Counted from the first letter of the stretch, positions 11,094 through 20,352 are shown. The stretch: DNA of 32,000 bases from an uncultured Chloroflexia bacterium (GCA_963718915.1 CAVRAI010000010.1:1-32000), one strand, 5' to 3'. Numbers and translations: made by a program. Notes: a model not told the origin generated them from the letters alone.

Positions 11094-11327
11094 CTTCTCC
11101 TCTATAAGCCCTGGGGTACGCTGGCCTGCTATGCTCGATATGCTTTGACATATGCGACCGACGCCATCGCCGGGGTATGTGTTGTTCTGTAGACGCGCTC
11201 TGATGCGCCTGAGGTGAGCATATGCCCTGCGGCTGTTCATTCCCTGTCACTGGCTGAATAAATGCTGAATTATGGCGTTGGCTCCGTGGTTTTCCAGGCT
11301 CCCTCTCCAGTTATCTATTGCGCCCTC

Positions 11328-11356
11328 TTGTCTTGTGTGTAACTCGCTGCGATAAT
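11328..11356 (+). promoter_or_regulatory. Putative sigma70-type promoter for the pentapeptide-repeat gene
   Basis: TTGTCT (11328..11333), a 17-nt spacer, then GATAAT (11351..11356). It lies about 70 nt upstream of ATG 11428, which has GGGAG 6 nt upstream. Confidence 0.4.
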
Positions 11357-11427
11357 AGGCTCAGCAACTGACAGGTAGGTTTACCCGCCTGCACCTAAGA
11401 ACCACCGTCCAGCGATGGGAGACCGCC

Positions 11428-13035
11428 ATGCATGATGACGCCAGCCAGTCAACGAGCCAGCCATCTGTGACGATCTCACGTCTCGCAGAGCAAAGTACCT
11501 GCCCGCATCCTGAGGCAGTTGGCGTGCGCTGGGGCGACCCTATCAGCGACGAGCGGAAGAGTGAACTGCAGGGCTACCTCGACCGCTGGCAGGCGGAAAC
11601 TGACCACGGCGAGCGCAAAGGGCCGTTTGACGATATATCCCTCAGTGGAGCTGATGTCACCTGGCTGGCGGAGCAGAGTGGATGGGATGAGTACGAACGT
11701 GTGCCCAATCTGCATCTGGAAGGTGCGAACCTCGCCGAGATTCATCTGGAGGGGGCCAAGATTCGTGCGGTTCACCTGGAAGGGGGATATCTCCATGAAG
11801 CCCACCTGGAAGGCGCAGGTCTCAGCGAGGCTCATCTGAAAGGCGCAAATCTCACAGAAGCCCACCTGGAGCGCGCGTACCTGCTTCAGGCTCATCTAGA
11901 AGGGGCGAACCTTAACTCGACTCATCTGAAAGGCACAAATCTCCGCGAAGCTCATCTGGAGCAGGCCGATCTTTATCAGGCTCATCTTGAGGGAGCCTTT
12001 CTCTACGCAGCCCATATGGAGAGCGCGTACCTCCGCGAAGCTCATTTGGAGGGCGCGCGCCTCAATGCGGCTCAACTGACCGACGCCAATCTCAGCCGGG
12101 CTTACCTTGAAAACGCCAGCCTCAGCGAGGCCCACCTGGAGCGCGCGAACCTTACTCGAACTAATATGAAAGGGGCAAACTTCTTCCAGGCTCATCTGGA
12201 ATACGCCGACCTTCTCGAAGCCCGCTTAGAAGGCGTGATCCTCAACCGAGCCCACCTGGAGAGCGCCAATCTCAGCGAGGCCCACTTGGAAGGCGCGCTC
12301 GTCGAGGCTCATTTGGAAAGATCGGCTCTCTTCGGTGCTCATTTGGAGGGCGCTAACTTCACTGGGGCCTGGTTTGATAGTAAGACCCTGCTCAATGAGG
12401 CTACACTCGACCGAAAGACCTGCCTCGGCGATATTCAGTGGGGTGGCGTGGGCGCGGTCAACCTGACGCAGATTGACTGGAAACAGGTATCTACGCTGGG
12501 TGATGAACAGGGCGTGGGCATCCGGTCTTCCATTGAAGACCATGAAGGCGCAGTGCGCGCCTACCGCCAGCTTGCCGCCCAGTTCCGCGCTCAGGGCATG
12601 AGCGAGATGGCCGACCGTTTTGCCGAACGCGCCCAGATTCGCCAGCGCAAACTGCTTTTCCGCCAGATGCTCGCAGACTGGCGCCGTCCCTGGCGACTTC
12701 CTGGCGATCTGCTGCGCTGGCTCTTCTCCTGGTTTCTGACGCTACTCGCAGGCTACGGCTATCATCCCGGCCGCAGTGTCTTCTGGTATCTACTCACTAT
12801 CATCGGATTCACTGCACTTTACAGCCGATTCGGCATCATTGACGGGCATGCTTTCAATATCACCGAAGCCGTTGTCTTCAGTCTAACATCGTTTCACGGG
12901 CGCGGCTTCTTCCCTGGCGGCCTCCCACTCGACGACCCCGTGACCGTCATCGCGGCGGGCGAGGCCATTATCGGCCTGCTCATCGAGATCAGCTTCATCG
13001 CCACCTTCACCCAGCGCTTCTTTGGCTCGAAGTGA
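11428..13035 (+). CDS. Pentapeptide-repeat protein fused to a C-terminal 2-TM pore-like (ion-channel-type) domain
   Basis: More than 40 pentapeptide units organised as decapeptides (AHLEGANLxE) from about 11700 to 12360. The C-terminus has TM1 (VFWYLLTIIGFTALY), a pore-helix-like segment (ITEAVVFSLTSFHGRGFF) and TM2 (VTVIAAGEAIIGLLIEISFIATF). Confidence 0.85.
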   Translation: MHDDASQSTSQPSVTISRLAEQSTCPHPEAVGVRWGDPISDERKSELQGYLDRWQAETDHGERKGPFDDISLSGADVTWLAEQSGWDEYERVPNLHLEGANLAEIHLEGAKIRAVHLEGGYLHEAHLEGAGLSEAHLKGANLTEAHLERAYLLQAHLEGANLNSTHLKGTNLREAHLEQADLYQAHLEGAFLYAAHMESAYLREAHLEGARLNAAQLTDANLSRAYLENASLSEAHLERANLTRTNMKGANFFQAHLEYADLLEARLEGVILNRAHLESANLSEAHLEGALVEAHLERSALFGAHLEGANFTGAWFDSKTLLNEATLDRKTCLGDIQWGGVGAVNLTQIDWKQVSTLGDEQGVGIRSSIEDHEGAVRAYRQLAAQFRAQGMSEMADRFAERAQIRQRKLLFRQMLADWRRPWRLPGDLLRWLFSWFLTLLAGYGYHPGRSVFWYLLTIIGFTALYSRFGIIDGHAFNITEAVVFSLTSFHGRGFFPGGLPLDDPVTVIAAGEAIIGLLIEISFIATFTQRFFGSK

Positions 13036-13048
13036 ACGCACAACAGCC

Positions 13049-13079
13049 CAGGATTAGCCGCAGGTCTTCAGCCTGCGGC
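13049..13079 (-). repeat. REP-like hairpin repeat (GCCGCAGG...CCTGCGGC-TAATCCTG family)
   Basis: Stem 13057..13064 pairs with 13072..13079. The conserved TAATCCTG tail is on the minus strand. It lies 22 nt downstream of the stop at 13035. Confidence 0.75.
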
Positions 13080-13246
13080 ACGCTCGCCTATCACTATCTT
13101 TGCCCTCGTTGACCCTATCTCGTCATAGAGGAGGGATTAGAACCGCCACGGCCCCATGCGGTATAATCCTGAGGCGTAGCAGTGGCATCAACGGCTATCA
13201 TCCAACCGCCAATCCTGTGTCCCATGCGGACAGCAATAGAGGTGTT

Positions 13247-14236
13247 ATGCTCAGTCTCCCTCCGGCCCTGTTTCTCGTCATGCTCGAACTGACCGTCGGG
13301 TCATTTGTCAGTCTCTATTTTCTGGATGTGCGCGGCGATACCAGCCGGGGATTCGTCCTCTTTCAGGGCGTGCTCTATGTCATCTTCGCCGTGCTGACCC
13401 TGCTTGCCATGAACGCCTTCGCCTCGCCCGCCATCGTGCATGGGCGCGGACTCGACGAGTCATGGCTCGACGCGCAGGGGCCGTTGATGGTCGCCTTCCT
13501 GCTGCTGATGATCCCGTGGAATATTTTGCTCTGGCTCGACCGCCAGCCACGTCCGGCGCGCGGTAAAGCCGCCCGCGAGGCCGCGCCAGCGCGTCCAACA
13601 CGCCTGCGGCTGGCCCGGTTCGCGACCGGAGCACTCGCCGCGCTGGCCGGAGCCGCGACGCTCTTTGTCGTCGGCATGGCCTATCGCACGCTCGCCTCCA
13701 GCCGCCTGGATGGCGCGTTCGTCGTCGCGACCTTCCTGCTGGGCGGCATCGCCCTCGGCGGCGTCATGACCGCGATGCTGCTGGGCCACTGGTATCTCAA
13801 CACCCCCACCGCATCGGGCAAGCCGCTGGAGTTCGCCACCATCATCACCGTGGCGGCGCTGGCCCTGGAATTGCTCTTCACGCTGGTCATCGGGCCAAGC
13901 ACCGCGCATTCGACGCTCAAAACCGTTCCCGTCTCACCCGGCACCCAGATCACCACTAACGGGAATGGTGTTGTCATTACCACGCCGACCGTTGCGCCGG
14001 GGCAGACCGCGCCCGACACAACGCAGGTACGCGAGGCTCCGCTGAGTACTGGCGCGATGTTTGGGCTGCAATTCATCATGGGCTTCCTCGCGCCACTGGC
14101 GCTCGGTGGGGTCGCGCTCTGGCTGGCGCGCGGGCGCTCGTTCCAGTCGGCCACCGGCATGTTATATCTGTGCGTCTCGTTCATCTTCATTGGCGAGATA
14201 TTGGGGCGCGGCCTGCTGCTGCTGCCCGTGTTCTAG
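13247..14236 (+). CDS. Polytopic (about 8 TM) membrane protein of unknown function
   Basis: ATG 13247 has AGAGG 6 nt upstream. About eight hydrophobic helices, an R/A-rich loop (DRQPRPARGKAAREAAPARPTR) and a T/P-rich loop (TVPVSPGTQITTNGNGVVITTPTVAPGQ). I recognise no family. Confidence 0.65.
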   Translation: MLSLPPALFLVMLELTVGSFVSLYFLDVRGDTSRGFVLFQGVLYVIFAVLTLLAMNAFASPAIVHGRGLDESWLDAQGPLMVAFLLLMIPWNILLWLDRQPRPARGKAAREAAPARPTRLRLARFATGALAALAGAATLFVVGMAYRTLASSRLDGAFVVATFLLGGIALGGVMTAMLLGHWYLNTPTASGKPLEFATIITVAALALELLFTLVIGPSTAHSTLKTVPVSPGTQITTNGNGVVITTPTVAPGQTAPDTTQVREAPLSTGAMFGLQFIMGFLAPLALGGVALWLARGRSFQSATGMLYLCVSFIFIGEILGRGLLLLPVF

Positions 14237-14297
14237 CGGTCGCGGCTGGCGCATCGAAGTGTGGCGCGGCGTCTGCGACAGAGAGGGGTCATCTGAC

Positions 14298-15656
14298 ATG
14301 GCGGGCGAACAGGCGATCAACCCCAAGATATTCGGCGCCTACGATGTGCGCGGCATCTACCCCGAGACGATTGATGAGGACGCCGCCTATCGCATCGGGC
14401 GCGCTTTCGTGCGGTATCTCGGCGCGTCGGCGGTCGCCGTTGGGCGCGATATGCGCGTCTCCTCGCCAGCGCTGGCGAGCGCGGTCATCCATGGCATCAC
14501 CGATCAGGGCGCCGACGCGATTGACCTGGGGATGACCACCACCGACGAGTTATATTTCGCCGTCGGCAAGTTCGGCTATCCCGCTGGCGTCATGGTGACG
14601 GCCTCGCACAACCCGAAGCAGTACAACGGGCTGAAGATGTGTCGCGAGGAGGCCATCGCCATCAGCTCCGAGACGGGCGGCAACGCGATTCGCGATCTGG
14701 CGCTGGCGGGCAATCCCCCCGAGCCTGCGCGCAAGGGGCAGGTGATCCAGCGCGATGTGACCGACGACTACGTGCGCCATGTCCTCTCGTTCATCGATGT
14801 GGCGAAGGTGCGCCCGCTCAAAATCGCGGTGGATGCGGGCAACGGCATGGCGGGGATGATTGTACCCAAGGTCTTCGCGCAGTTGCCTTGCGAACTGATT
14901 CCGCTCTATTTCGAGCTGGATGGCACATTCCCGAACCATCCCGCCAGCCCCATCGAGCCGGAGAATACGGCGGTGCTGCGCGCGCTCGTGCCTGAGCAGC
15001 ACTGCGATATGGGGATCGCCTTCGACGGCGACGCCGACCGGATGTTCCTGGTGGATGAGCAGGGGAAGCTGCTTGGCGGCGATATGGTGACGGCGCTGGT
15101 GGCGCAGAGTCTGCTACGCACGCATCGGGGCGCGACGATTCTCTACAACCTGATCAACTCGCGATCCGTACCAGAATTGATCGAGCGCGATGGTGGCCGT
15201 GCGGTGCGCACGCGCGTCGGACATTCGTTCATCAAGGCGCAGATGCGCCAGGAGAACGCGATCTTCGGCGGCGAGCATTCCGGCCACTTCTATTTCCGTG
15301 ATAACTGGTACGCCGACTCCGGCCTGATCGCGTTTCTGGTGGTGCTGGAGCTGATCAGCGAGAGCGGCAAGACGGTCTCGGAACTGGTGCGGGCGGTGGA
15401 CCATCGCTTTCGGAGCGGCGAGATCAATACAGAGGTCGCGGACCAGCAGGAGCGCATGCGGGCCATCGAGGCGCACTACGTCGCCAAGGGCGGGCAGGTG
15501 GACTTCCTGGATGGCATCACGGTCTCGTTCCCGACGTGGTGGTTCAACGTGCGCCCGTCGAATACCGAGCCGCTGCTGCGCCTGAATCTGGAGGCGGATA
15601 CCGCTGATGAGATGGCGGAACGGCGCGATGAGGTGTTACAGTTGATTCGAGAGTGA
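14298..15656 (+). CDS. Phosphomannomutase/phosphoglucomutase (alpha-D-phosphohexomutase)
   Basis: Phosphoserine loop TASHNPKQYNG, metal loop FDGDADR, sugar loop GGEHSGH. The N-terminus IFGAYDVRGIY is typical. ATG 14298 has GAGAGGGG upstream. Confidence 0.92.
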   Translation: MAGEQAINPKIFGAYDVRGIYPETIDEDAAYRIGRAFVRYLGASAVAVGRDMRVSSPALASAVIHGITDQGADAIDLGMTTTDELYFAVGKFGYPAGVMVTASHNPKQYNGLKMCREEAIAISSETGGNAIRDLALAGNPPEPARKGQVIQRDVTDDYVRHVLSFIDVAKVRPLKIAVDAGNGMAGMIVPKVFAQLPCELIPLYFELDGTFPNHPASPIEPENTAVLRALVPEQHCDMGIAFDGDADRMFLVDEQGKLLGGDMVTALVAQSLLRTHRGATILYNLINSRSVPELIERDGGRAVRTRVGHSFIKAQMRQENAIFGGEHSGHFYFRDNWYADSGLIAFLVVLELISESGKTVSELVRAVDHRFRSGEINTEVADQQERMRAIEAHYVAKGGQVDFLDGITVSFPTWWFNVRPSNTEPLLRLNLEADTADEMAERRDEVLQLIRE

Positions 15657-15739
15657 TACTCGTCTCAGTGGTTCAGGTTGCATGTGGCGCATCGTGAGGA
15701 AGTTGTCAGGCAACGTTCCCTCCTGAAGGAGGTTTGGCG

Positions 15740-16507
15740 GTGGGCGTATTCTCCCGATTCACAAACTACATCAAGACGGTGATGAGCTCGTTCCTGGATC
15801 GCGCGGAAGATCCAGGGCAGACGCTCGACTACTCCTATGAGAAGCAGCTCGAACAGCTACAGAATCTGCGCCGGAGCATCGCGGACGTAGTGACGAACGA
15901 GAAGCGGCTCGAATTGCAACAGGCGCAGTTGAATCAGCAGATCGATAAGCTGGACGGTCAGGCCCGCCAGGCCATGACGATGAACCGCGAAGACCTGGCG
16001 CGACTGGCTCTGGAGCGCAAACAGGGCTTGCAGGTGCAGATCGGCCAGTTTGGCACACAGATCGAGCAGCTCAAGGCGCAACAGGCGAAGTTCGTGGAGA
16101 TGGAACAGCGTCTCAATACGAGGGTGGAGGCTTTCCGCACGCAGAAGGAGATGGTGAAGGCGCAGTACGGCGCGGCTCAGGCGCAGGTGAAGATCCAGGA
16201 GGCGGCGACGGGTATCTCCGAGGAGATGTCGGACGTGAACCTGGCGGTGCAGCGCGCGCAGGACAAGGTGTTGCAGATGCAGGCGCGCGCCAGTGCGCTG
16301 GACGAGCTGACCGAGTCGGGCACGCTGGCCGAGATTGGCCCAGGCGCGGTCGATCCGCTGGACCGCCAGCTTCAGCAACTCTCGACTCAGTCTGAGGTAG
16401 ACCGCCAGCTTGCCGAGTTGAAGGCGCAGATGCAGTTGCCAGCGGGCCAGCAGGACCAGCAGAATCAGGCCCAGCTTCCGCCGCCGCCGATGCAGACCAA
16501 CGATTAA
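15740..16507 (+). CDS. pspA: PspA/IM30/Vipp1 family membrane-stress protein
   Basis: N-terminal amphipathic MGVFSRFTNYIK, long heptad coiled coil and a Q/P-rich tail. GTG 15740 lies 7 nt after AAGGAGG (15726..15732). The track start TTG 15734 is too close to that SD. Confidence 0.9.
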   Translation: MGVFSRFTNYIKTVMSSFLDRAEDPGQTLDYSYEKQLEQLQNLRRSIADVVTNEKRLELQQAQLNQQIDKLDGQARQAMTMNREDLARLALERKQGLQVQIGQFGTQIEQLKAQQAKFVEMEQRLNTRVEAFRTQKEMVKAQYGAAQAQVKIQEAATGISEEMSDVNLAVQRAQDKVLQMQARASALDELTESGTLAEIGPGAVDPLDRQLQQLSTQSEVDRQLAELKAQMQLPAGQQDQQNQAQLPPPPMQTND

Positions 16508-16519
16508 GGAGGCTATCTC

Positions 16520-16834
16520 ATGCCCGTGATCGTACGCATCATGACGGAGAATCAGTATCGCCTCACCGATGAGGACGCCGCTGCGATGGACCGGATGGAC
16601 GACCCGTTGCACGCGGCCATCGAGAGTGGCGATGAGCAGACCTTCGCGGCGGCGCTGGAGAAGGTGGTCGACTTCGTGCGCGAGAAGGGCACGGTGATTC
16701 CGGTGGAGGAGGTCGTTCCCTCGGACGTGATTGTTCCCGCGCCAGACATGACAGTTGCCGAGGCCCGACAATATCTGCGGAAGGGCGATGAGGCGGTCGC
16801 CGCCGAAGCCGCATCGGGCGACGCCACAGAGTAG
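16520..16834 (+). CDS. PspA-associated small acidic protein (PspAA-like)
   Basis: 104-aa acidic ORF 12 nt after pspA, with its own AAGGAGG 7 nt upstream. The sequence (VRIMTENQYRLTDED...IESGDEQTFAAAL...VPSDVIVPAPDMTVAEA) fits my memory of the PspAA family. Not verified by HMM. Confidence 0.6.
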   Translation: MPVIVRIMTENQYRLTDEDAAAMDRMDDPLHAAIESGDEQTFAAALEKVVDFVREKGTVIPVEEVVPSDVIVPAPDMTVAEARQYLRKGDEAVAAEAASGDATE

Positions 16835-16852
16835 CCCGCACAGACACAAAGC

Positions 16853-16887
16853 ATCCCCTCACCGATTATGGTGGGGGGATTTCTCTG
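16853..16887 (+). terminator. Rho-independent terminator of pspA-pspAA
   Basis: ATCCCCTCACC (16853..16863) pairs with GGTGGGGGGAT (16870..16880): 11 bp including one G-U, with a 6-nt loop. It is followed by TTCTCTGT. Confidence 0.7.
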
Positions 16888-16962
16888 TGCCCAATGGCCG
16901 ACTTTGAGCAAACCGTTTGAAAGAATGATCTGGAGAGCCTGGGCTGTTCTGGGTGGAGCGTG

Positions 16963-16994
16963 CCACAGGCTGAAGCCCTGCGGCTAATCCTGAC
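16963..16994 (+). repeat. REP-like hairpin repeat (GCCGCAGG family, one stem mismatch)
   Basis: GCCACAGG-CTGAAGC-CCTGCGGC followed by TAATCCTGA. It sits between the pspAA terminator and the DinB stop. Confidence 0.7.
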
Positions 16995-17008
16995 AGGTAC
17001 TGACGGCC

Positions 17009-17534
17009 CTACGACCCCCAGATGGAGGGTAGGTGATGGCTGCCCAGGCCAACGGCCAACTCACCGCCATGGTGGAAGTCGTGCCGGAGCACATGCATGA
17101 TAATCTCCTGGCGCGTGCTTGGGCCAAAGATTTTGCGCTCTCTCTCCGTCAAGGCAGCCGGTGGGTTGAACACGTATTCTAGGTCGGCGACAGTATAGCG
17201 GGAAAGAACCCCTTCGATCATGCCCCAGGTGGCGTTCAGTCCGGCAACCAGCTCGTCGGCTGAATGCACTGCCTTGACCTTCTTCTTCTTCCTCCCAGTG
17301 CATGAAGGCGGCTACCTCAGGACTTGCCTCGCCCATCCACAGATCGAACCACCAGATCCGGTCGTTGAGGATGTGCTGGACGAGCATCCCAATCGGCCAG
17401 TGCGTGGACGCGACCGGCAGGGCCAGTTGCTCAGGTGTCAGCGGCGCGACGACGTTGAGCAGGTCGCGCTGAAAGCTATCCCAACCTTTGTAGACTTGAC
17501 TGAGCGAGAGCGACTGTTCCGTCACGTGTATCAT
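17009..17534 (-). pseudogene. DinB-family (DinB_2) protein split by an apparent +1 frameshift
   Basis: The N-half (ORF 17061..17534) carries HILNDRIWW. The C-half (ORF 17009..17269) carries HVLRHDFHHGGEL. Together they give a normal ~170-aa four-helix DinB with its His triad. The frames meet in GAGGAAGAAGAAGAAGG (around 17279..17292). Confidence 0.7.
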
Positions 17535-17627
17535 CCCCCTTGCTTCTCATTCGACGCCATCACTCACGGCGGCTTGCCCAGTATGGCATGAAGAAGGCGA
17601 GCAAAGCTTCTTCTATCTTGCGCTTTC

Positions 17628-18626
17628 CTACTCGCTCCACCCCGCAGCCAGTCGTAGCAGGGTCTCACGATTGTCGGCCAGCCAGTCCTCGCGCCAGAGG
17701 GTCTGCTCAATGCGCTGCCTGAGAAAGTCGGCGGAGTCCAGCCCCTGTATGTAGCGCGTCATCCGATGGAGAAGTGAGCTTATGCTGCGCACCTGAAGCA
17801 GGGTGGGAAGCGCGGCTATCTCATCGTCGGTGAGGTGAATCTGGCTGGTGTAGCCCGTGCCCAGGGCGTTGATGAGCGGCCATTCCTGACCGCTGCCGAG
17901 CAGTTCGATGGGCCACCAGCTGAGAGCAACGACAAGATCGAGGGCGCGCAGGTCGTACGTGCAGAATTCAAAGTCGAGCACCGCCGTCACAGTGGTTGCT
18001 TCCATCAGGATATTCGATGGTGCGTAGTCGCTGTGAACCATCTGGCAGGGCAGGGTCGCATAGAGCATCGGAAGCTCCGCATTGAGGCCATGATACAGGT
18101 CAGCGATCCGCTCTATCGCCGCCGCATCGCTGGTGAGCGTTGCCAGCGTCGTGATGGGGTCAGCCAGTGCTGGATAGCGCCGCGTGAGATCGCCGAGCGG
18201 CGCGGGCATCCGGTCTCGCGGCAATGTGAGCGCGGCCAGCGCCTGGTCGAGTTGGCCGAGCGCCACAGCAGCCCCGAAGGCAGCCGCAGTATCCTGCCGG
18301 TCGGGATGGCCTCCCAATAGCCAGGGAAAGAGTGTGGCCATTTGACTACGCTGTTCGGCATCTGAAATCTCGATATGGTAGTGACCAGCAGCGGTGGCGA
18401 TGGGCGCTGGGATGGCAAAAGGCAGTCCCATATTTTGCAACGCGAGGAGGATCTGGAATTCCGCATCCAGGCGGGTGGCGTCCGCGTGATTGCGGTAGAT
18501 ACGCAAAACATATCGCCCACTGTCTGCGTCTACCAGATAGACGACATTGTTGGCCCCGCGCGTGAGCAGGGTCATCCGCTGGGGAGCCAATGCTGGCCAC
18601 GCGCCAACAAGCGCCGCGACATCCAT
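17628..18626 (-). CDS. Phosphotransferase-family kinase (APH / homoserine kinase II fold)
   Basis: Catalytic loop VHSDYAPSNIL (HxDxxxxN) and VLDFEF. ATG 18626 (MDVAALV) has GGAG about 10 nt upstream. The track's 5' extension is R/S-rich. Confidence 0.8.
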   Translation of the reverse strand: MDVAALVGAWPALAPQRMTLLTRGANNVVYLVDADSGRYVLRIYRNHADATRLDAEFQILLALQNMGLPFAIPAPIATAAGHYHIEISDAEQRSQMATLFPWLLGGHPDRQDTAAAFGAAVALGQLDQALAALTLPRDRMPAPLGDLTRRYPALADPITTLATLTSDAAAIERIADLYHGLNAELPMLYATLPCQMVHSDYAPSNILMEATTVTAVLDFEFCTYDLRALDLVVALSWWPIELLGSGQEWPLINALGTGYTSQIHLTDDEIAALPTLLQVRSISSLLHRMTRYIQGLDSADFLRQRIEQTLWREDWLADNRETLLRLAAGWSE

Positions 18627-18669
18627 AGCTGAAAACTCCGTACGTTCAATACATGGCAGGGTTGATCTG

Positions 18670-19128
18670 ATGGAAGAGAACGCGGTGATCGCTACGCGAG
18701 GCCGACGACGCAGGATACCACGGCGGCTCGTTGTGTTGCTGGTCGCGCTGCTCATCGTGGCGGCGGGCGTCTGGGTCGCGTTTCAGCCGCGCGTGGCGAA
18801 CCACTTCAGTTATGCGCTGCCGGGTAGGGATGGCCTGCCGACCTACATCTATGCGCATGGGCGGCGCTACCATTCGCTTCAGGTATGCGCCGGAGACGAC
18901 TGGTGTCAGCGGGATCGCCTACAGCAGCTTATCCCGCGTTGCTACACGCAGGCCGATTTACAGGCGATGCATATTTGGCCACTGGCACAGGTGAGCACGA
19001 TGCTCACGCTGTTTGGCGCGCCGCAGCCTATTCTCTCGCCTCCGGGTGAGAGTGGCGTGATGCAATCGTTCGTGATGGCCGACGGCCCGGACTGCTATGT
19101 CATGTATGGGATGGAAGGCGGCATGTAG
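18670..19128 (+). CDS. Single-pass membrane-anchored protein, unknown function
   Basis: ATG 18670. An Arg-rich N-terminus is followed by TM LVVLLVALLIVAAGVWVAF and an ectodomain with 4 Cys. It is divergent from the kinase gene. No family recognised. Confidence 0.5.
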   Translation: MEENAVIATRGRRRRIPRRLVVLLVALLIVAAGVWVAFQPRVANHFSYALPGRDGLPTYIYAHGRRYHSLQVCAGDDWCQRDRLQQLIPRCYTQADLQAMHIWPLAQVSTMLTLFGAPQPILSPPGESGVMQSFVMADGPDCYVMYGMEGGM

Positions 19129-19140
19129 CGGTCAATCGGT

Positions 19141-20352
19141 TTATGGATAGCTGGCAGCGCGTAAGTCCTGGTTGGTCCATGCCCAGAGGACACCATCGCC
19201 GGGGCCGGGATAGTAGCGGATCGCGGCGGACGATCCAGGAGCGGGGCCAAGCGATTGCCATGACTGAGCGCCGGGCGCCAGGCGATATTCCCACTCCGTC
19301 GCGGGGTCGTTAGGGCTATTGGAGGTTGCCAGAATCGCCCCATCGTCGGCGAGCGCGAAGACATCCGTTGGCGAGACGAACGTGCCTTTCACATTGGTGA
19401 ATGACAGATTAAGCGCTGGGGCAGACTGCCAGGTCTGGCCGCCGTCTATCGAACATGCGAGTGTATTGGGCAGCGGGTTTTTGAGGTTCAGGTCATCATC
19501 ATTGGCGACACACAGATGCCATGGCGTATCAGTTACAGGCGCCTGCACGACGGTTTCCGCGCTGGGCATGGCCAAATACGGAACAGCGATCTTTGCCCAG
19601 TGCACGCCAGCATCGGCGCTCGACCAGAAGACACTGGCATCTTTCACAAGTAGCGCGCCGTTCACCGGATTCAGCCAGAAGTCATTGCTATCAAAGCCAC
19701 TGAAGTCCCCAATGCCCTGTAAGATCGGGCGCCAGGTGCGCATCTGATCGTTGCTGACCACTAGCTCGGGAACTTCCTCGTCCTGCTGACCGTGAACGAC
19801 GCGCAGGTAGCCATAGATGACGCCCGCAAGCGTGGAGAACTGGAAGGCCAGATAAGGCTGCTGCTTTGAGAGTTGACGCCAGGCGCTTCCACCGTCGAAC
19901 GTCACGTAGCTGGTGTATAAGCTTACGGGAGGCGACGCGCCCAGCTTGGCCGCGACCACAGCCACTACGGCAGTATTTGGCTGGAGGCCATCCACAGTTG
20001 GATAGCATTGGTTTGTTCCCATGGACACCGAGATGTCGCCAACATGCGTCCAGTGCGCGGCGCGGTCTCGTGTGACCCAAACCGCAACGCGCGAACTGCC
20101 ATTCGCCATACACATATAGGCGATATCGCCATCACCTGGCGCGACGGTGACAACACCCTCTGGATAGCTGACGACGCCATCACCTGGGTAGGTCACGGCG
20201 TGCCAGGTGAGCGGAAGGCTGCTGGATGGGGTGTGGGTCACGGTCGCATGGGCGCTCGGATTCGTGGCCGCTGACTGGCCACACGCCGCTATGAGTAGCA
20301 GCGGAAACGCGAGGGCGGGAAACGCGAACAGCTTGTGGCGTGGCCGGTTCAT
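19141..20352 (-). CDS. BNR/Asp-box repeat beta-propeller lipoprotein (Ycf48/sialidase-like fold)
   Basis: Lipobox LIAAC (FPLLLIAACGQ). Asp-box-like repeats: TRDRAAHW, FDGGSAW, SNDQMRTW, SADAGVHW, SIDGGQTW. ATG 20352 has GGAAGGAG 8 nt upstream. Confidence 0.75.
   Translation of the reverse strand: MNRPRHKLFAFPALAFPLLLIAACGQSAATNPSAHATVTHTPSSSLPLTWHAVTYPGDGVVSYPEGVVTVAPGDGDIAYMCMANGSSRVAVWVTRDRAAHWTHVGDISVSMGTNQCYPTVDGLQPNTAVVAVVAAKLGASPPVSLYTSYVTFDGGSAWRQLSKQQPYLAFQFSTLAGVIYGYLRVVHGQQDEEVPELVVSNDQMRTWRPILQGIGDFSGFDSNDFWLNPVNGALLVKDASVFWSSADAGVHWAKIAVPYLAMPSAETVVQAPVTDTPWHLCVANDDDLNLKNPLPNTLACSIDGGQTWQSAPALNLSFTNVKGTFVSPTDVFALADDGAILATSNSPNDPATEWEYRLAPGAQSWQSLGPAPGSSAAIRYYPGPGDGVLWAWTNQDLRAASYP

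Noticed and set aside
10311-11240. 5'-extended versions of several track ORFs: 10311..11240, 1434..2936, 13100..14236, 14061..15656, 17628..18755, 19141..20451, 22600..23580, 23655..24104.
   Set aside because: The extensions are not protein-like and overlap upstream genes or promoters. Internal ATG/GTG codons with good SD motifs coincide with the start of family homology.
11094-11327. Long leader upstream of the ComA-like gene with repeated GCATATG and TACCCC(G/A)GG motifs, considered as a riboswitch (for example sulfur/SAM-related).
   Set aside because: I could not match it to any riboswitch consensus I know, and I see no clear terminator/anti-terminator pair. It needs a covariance-model scan before any claim.
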